From an uncultured archaeon (lineage in GTDB: Archaea; Asgardarchaeota; Thorarchaeia; Thorarchaeales; Thorarchaeaceae), in the NCBI GenBank assembly GCA_964631415.1, contig CAZVZC010000021.1:1-17214 (forward strand): 17,214 nucleotides of DNA. The letters are read 5' to 3'. The notes under the pieces were generated by a model. It was not told where the DNA came from. It worked only from the letters and a program-made list of their open reading frames with translations, and made no database searches. Numbering within the stretch: the stretch's first letter is position 1; each line of letters opens with the position of its first letter. Shown here one piece after another: positions 14,669 through 17,214 of this stretch. A program made the translations under genes and the position numbers.

Positions 14669-16447
14669 GTGATGAACGGGTACATGGGCAAGATACTCGT
14701 CGCTGATCTGACCAAGGCTAAGACGAGTGTAATCAGTACTGATGCAGAGATTGCTGCGAAGTTCATTGGTGGCGGTGGCTATGCCTGCAGACTGCTCTAT
14801 GGGCTCATGAGCCCGCCGCCGGATCCACTTGGACCTGACAACATCCTCCTGTTTCTGACGGGTCCTCTGACCGGTACTCTCGCGCCAAGCACAGGTCGTC
14901 ATGTAGTGGCGGCGAGGTCCCCTCTCACTGGCCTTTGGGGTGAGTCATACGCTGGAGGTCACTTCGGCGCAAATCTGAAGTTTTCAGGTTTCGATGGAAT
15001 CATGGTAAGAGGACGAGCCAAGAAGCCGGTCGTACTCTTCGTCGACAATGGGTCTGCGAGTATCCTCCCCGCAGACAGCCTCTGGGGTATGAGAACAGAT
15101 GCCACTCAGGAGAGCCTGAAGCAGCAACTGGGCAAAGTCCACGTTGCGTGCATTGGACCCGCAGGAGAGAAGATGGTCAGGTTCGCAAGTATCATGAATC
15201 AGGAGCGGGCGGCTGCAAGATGTGGTCTTGGAGCTGTGATGGGTTCTAAGATGCTGAAAGCGATCGCGGTCCGGGGCACGAACGAGGTTCGTTTGGCAGA
15301 CCCAGACGGCTTCCAGCAGCTCGCACGCAAGGCCTTTCAGACACTCGGTGAGGTAATGGAGCTGTTGAAGAAGTCGGGCACTGGCATGTACGTGGACGTG
15401 GGAATGTCTTTCAACGACATGCCAATCAAGTACTTTCAAGGGGCAGAGTTCGATGTTTCGACACTCGACTCAGGGGCGCAAGGGTCGATCCTCACTGGTC
15501 GGACTGCTTGCCACTCTTGCCCAATCGCCTGTGGTCGCAGAGTTACCGTCCCTGACTTGGGCCTGAAGAATGTGGCTGGTCCAGAGTATCAGACAATAGC
15601 TGCTTTCGGAACGAACATCATGAACCCCGACATCAAGCAAGTCGCTTGGATGAATCATCTGTGTAACCAGTATGGTATGGACACTGTGAGCTGTGGGAGC
15701 ACGATTGCCCTAGCCATGCATCTCTGCGAGCAGGGCATCCTTGACATTGGCTTGGAATGGGGTGATACTGACAAGACAGCTGAGATGATTCACGCCATCG
15801 CCAACAGACAGGGCACCGGCGACCTGCTCGCAGAGGGGTCCTTGCGGCTTGGACAGAAACTCGGCGTGGCTGAACAGGTCATCCATGTGAAGGGTCTAGA
15901 GGTACCAAATCACGATCCTCGAGCTTTCTCAGGCATGGCCACTGTGTATGCAGTGGCCTCACGCGGTGCAACTCATCTAGAGGGCGACATGTATAGTGTC
16001 GACATGGGTGCAGATGTCAGAGAACTCGGCATCAACAGCGGAGACCGCCTAGAGAATGAGGGCAAGGGTGCCACTGCCGCAAAGGCTCAGGACTACAGAG
16101 CATTCTTTGACGCTCTAATAATGTGCCACTTCGCGATTGTCCCGCTTCAGACCATCGTAGACCTCGTCAAGATGGCGACTGGTCTTCAGATGGGCATAGG
16201 CGACATGCTCACAATCGGTTCGAGGAGCGTGACGATGAAACGACTATTCAATCTCAGATGCGGATTCAAGCGAGCAGACGATACACTCCCTCAAGCACTT
16301 CTTCGCCCTCTGCCAGAAGGAGTGACAGAGGACTTTGTGCCTGACATGGAGCTCCAGCTGGCTGACTACTACAGATACCGTGGGTGGGACCCAGCGACAG
16401 GTCGACCCACTGATGGAGCACTGAAGAGCCTTGGGCTTGAGCCCTAG
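14669..16447 (+). CDS. aor: Tungsten-dependent aldehyde:ferredoxin oxidoreductase family protein
   Basis: YMGKILVADLT, SPLTGLWGESYAGG, IGPAGE, GLGAVMGSKMLKAI, C-x2-CPIAC, PEYQT, GMDTVS, SRGATHL, DALIMC, YYRYRGWD. Confidence 0.93.
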   Translation: MMNGYMGKILVADLTKAKTSVISTDAEIAAKFIGGGGYACRLLYGLMSPPPDPLGPDNILLFLTGPLTGTLAPSTGRHVVAARSPLTGLWGESYAGGHFGANLKFSGFDGIMVRGRAKKPVVLFVDNGSASILPADSLWGMRTDATQESLKQQLGKVHVACIGPAGEKMVRFASIMNQERAAARCGLGAVMGSKMLKAIAVRGTNEVRLADPDGFQQLARKAFQTLGEVMELLKKSGTGMYVDVGMSFNDMPIKYFQGAEFDVSTLDSGAQGSILTGRTACHSCPIACGRRVTVPDLGLKNVAGPEYQTIAAFGTNIMNPDIKQVAWMNHLCNQYGMDTVSCGSTIALAMHLCEQGILDIGLEWGDTDKTAEMIHAIANRQGTGDLLAEGSLRLGQKLGVAEQVIHVKGLEVPNHDPRAFSGMATVYAVASRGATHLEGDMYSVDMGADVRELGINSGDRLENEGKGATAAKAQDYRAFFDALIMCHFAIVPLQTIVDLVKMATGLQMGIGDMLTIGSRSVTMKRLFNLRCGFKRADDTLPQALLRPLPEGVTEDFVPDMELQLADYYRYRGWDPATGRPTDGALKSLGLEP

Positions 16448-16782
16448 GCCTTCAGAAGATGCTGAAGTTTCAACAGATCCTTCATGGCGCCTTTCGTCTT
16501 TATCTTGCCAGTCATGCCTGCACGGGTGGCTGACACTGACCCGTTGAGAATTCCCAGTATTGTGGCACTGTCAGTAGTGACGGTCAGGTCCGGGTTTGCA
16601 GGGGTTCCTTCACTGACAGTTGCCTTCCCATTCTGAATGACTATCGTGACGTCTAGTCCTATGTCCTTGTAAGACATCAGGAGAGTCCTGTTGAATCCCT
16701 CGAACAGTTTCTGTACCTTTGGGTCTTCGACACGACTGACCATCTTGCGCATAGCCTCAAGGACCTCTTCTCTGTTCGTCAT
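16444..16782 (-). CDS. SCP2 sterol/lipid-binding domain protein (paralog of 11001-11333)
   Basis: 112 aa from ATG 16782; 'PDLTVTTDSATILGILNG...AGMTGKIKTKGAMKDLLKLQ'; shares EDPKxQKxF and DIG motifs with the other copy. Confidence 0.88.
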   Translation of the reverse strand: MTNREEVLEAMRKMVSRVEDPKVQKLFEGFNRTLLMSYKDIGLDVTIVIQNGKATVSEGTPANPDLTVTTDSATILGILNGSVSATRAGMTGKIKTKGAMKDLLKLQHLLKA

Positions 16783-16962
16783 ACAGATCACGTACCTGAG
16801 ATGTGAGCCCAGCTCTACTCGCTCCACAATGGGCTGATTTACCGCCTACAAAAGCTTGCCGAGGACTTGTTCTCTGGCTGTTTGACGACTCTGGCTAGAT
16901 GCTGTTCTCATCGGTCACCTTATCCGGTCATCAATGTGGGGGGCCGTGCACGGTGTTGGTTC

Positions 16963-17214
16963 ATGCAGACAGCTGAGGAGTTAGTGCTGAGGTTTGGCAT
17001 CTTCTATCTCTTCATACTAGTGGGCTACGCCTTCGGCCGGATGTCTTCTCATGCCCCCTCCGTGAACAAATCACTCACATCACTTCTTCTCAACCTGCTT
17101 CTGCCATTGCTTGTCTTACAGTCCCTCCTGACCGCCTCAGCACAAACAATGTCAGAGGTCCCCGCAGTAGCTATGCTGGCGGTGCTTGCCCATCTGCTTG
17201 GCCTCTTGATGGCG
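16963..17214 (+). CDS. AEC (auxin efflux carrier / malate permease) family transporter, 3'-truncated by window edge
   Basis: Not in the ORF track because it has no stop in the window. Reads MQTAEELVLRFGIFYLFILVGYAFGR...LTSLLLNLLLPLLVLQSL..., matching the AEC N-terminal 'IxxGY...LxxLxxxxxLPxLxxxSL' pattern. Confidence 0.7.
   Translation, partial: MQTAEELVLRFGIFYLFILVGYAFGRMSSHAPSVNKSLTSLLLNLLLPLLVLQSLLTASAQTMSEVPAVAMLAVLAHLLGLLMA

Noticed and set aside
6413-16344. Numerous 60-160 aa ORFs overlapping hdrA, the SCP2 gene and the operon on the opposite strand or other frames
   Set aside because: Shadow ORFs of well-supported genes, with no motifs or independent initiation signals.
16444-16460. 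Peroxisomal PTS1-like C-terminus on the SCP2 proteins
   Set aside because: They end LKA and LLM, not S/A-K-L.

Overview
Archaeal DNA, judged from BRE/TATA-type promoters, GGAGG/GGTGA Shine-Dalgarno sites and gene content; a Thorarchaeia/Asgard-like anaerobe is a guess. The right two-thirds is metabolic: an orphan two-module HdrA/BamE-like flavoprotein (5862-9002, -), two small membrane-protein genes, and a four-gene operon (YoaD-like 2-hydroxyacid dehydrogenase, YoaC-like FGGY kinase, class II aldolase, tungsten aldehyde:ferredoxin oxidoreductase). Two paralogous SCP2 lipid-binding genes bracket that operon, and an AEC-family transporter begins at the right edge. The left third is accessory. 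The last 9 codons, stop and about 40 nt of 3' flank of hdrA recur 5,020 bp away (801-870 vs 5821-5890, 56/70 identical without gaps, coding differences synonymous). These repeats bound a ~5 kb island with no integrase. It carries a membrane-anchored wHTH regulator, a membrane protein with three PepSY-like motifs, a frameshifted 2-TM minigene, a decayed IS6-family transposase, and a secreted HEXXH metalloprotease with an atypical zinc motif. All family calls come from motif recognition by eye; no database searches were run.
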